Assembly (NCBI GenBank): GCA_031763465.1
Contig: JARFOE010000001.1
Coordinates: forward strand, 15,000,300 to 15,062,208
Source of the DNA: Squatina squatina
Taxonomy: Eukaryota
Length of the DNA stretch: 61,909 nt
Reading direction: 5' to 3'
The position numbers were made by a program, and so were the translations under genes. The notes beneath the pieces are model-generated. The model was given only the letters and a program-made list of their open reading frames with translations, was not told the origin of the DNA and made no database searches. Positions 61,573-61,909 of this stretch are shown here, piece after piece (position 1 is the stretch's first letter; each line of letters starts with the position of its first letter).

Positions 61573-61909
61573 TTTATGCAGGCCCTGTTGCCTTGTAATT
61601 GCTGGCTGGGATGTCAGAAACATTTTTCATTAGTGGTCATGAGTAATTACTCGGCATTTAGAGCTTCAAGCTCAGAATAAATGTGTCAAAATATAAAAGA
61701 AAACATTGCTGATAACCCATAATTCTACTTAAAACTATTGAGATTTTAAATTTTTGACTGTATTCCACTGTCTCTGAAAGTTGCATGCTGCGCTAGTTTA
61801 CGGCTTGGTTTTCAGCAAGCAGGACTGGGCCTTTAATAATATTTCTAGCTGGAAGAACAACAGTGAAACTGAGCTGCAGCTTCACATACGTGGTTTCTGC
61901 AATTAAGGG

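Overview
This is eukaryotic genomic DNA from a cartilaginous fish (shark-like), judged from its repeat content: CR1/HER1-type LINEs with 8-nt tails, L2, RTE/RTE-X, Penelope-like and PIF/Harbinger elements. The assembly is fragmented, with many fixed 100-N gaps. The recognisable host gene is TUSC3 (OST3/OST6-family oligosaccharyltransferase subunit) on the + strand. Exons equivalent to human exons 2, 3, 5 (partial), 7 and 9 are visible. Exons 1, 4, 6, 8 and the terminal exon were not found and are probably hidden in gaps. The intron after exon 7 begins with a U12 (minor spliceosome) donor, GTATCCTTT. An intact single exon of ECPAS (ECM29) lies antisense between TUSC3 exons 7 and 9, most likely on a mis-scaffolded contig. 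There is also one unidentified, well-formed 198-bp candidate exon at 32.1 kb. A decayed Penelope-like retroelement (RT + GIY-YIG) and several short derivatives carry minimal type I hammerhead ribozyme motifs with compensatory stem changes, and one derivative forms an inverted pair. Many Harbinger transposase and Myb/SANT fragments, palindromic MITEs and a 23-bp GC-rich minisatellite are also present. I see no prokaryote-type system (CRISPR, operon, rRNA/tRNA) and no convincing wholly new biological system. All family assignments come from motif recognition by eye, not database searches.
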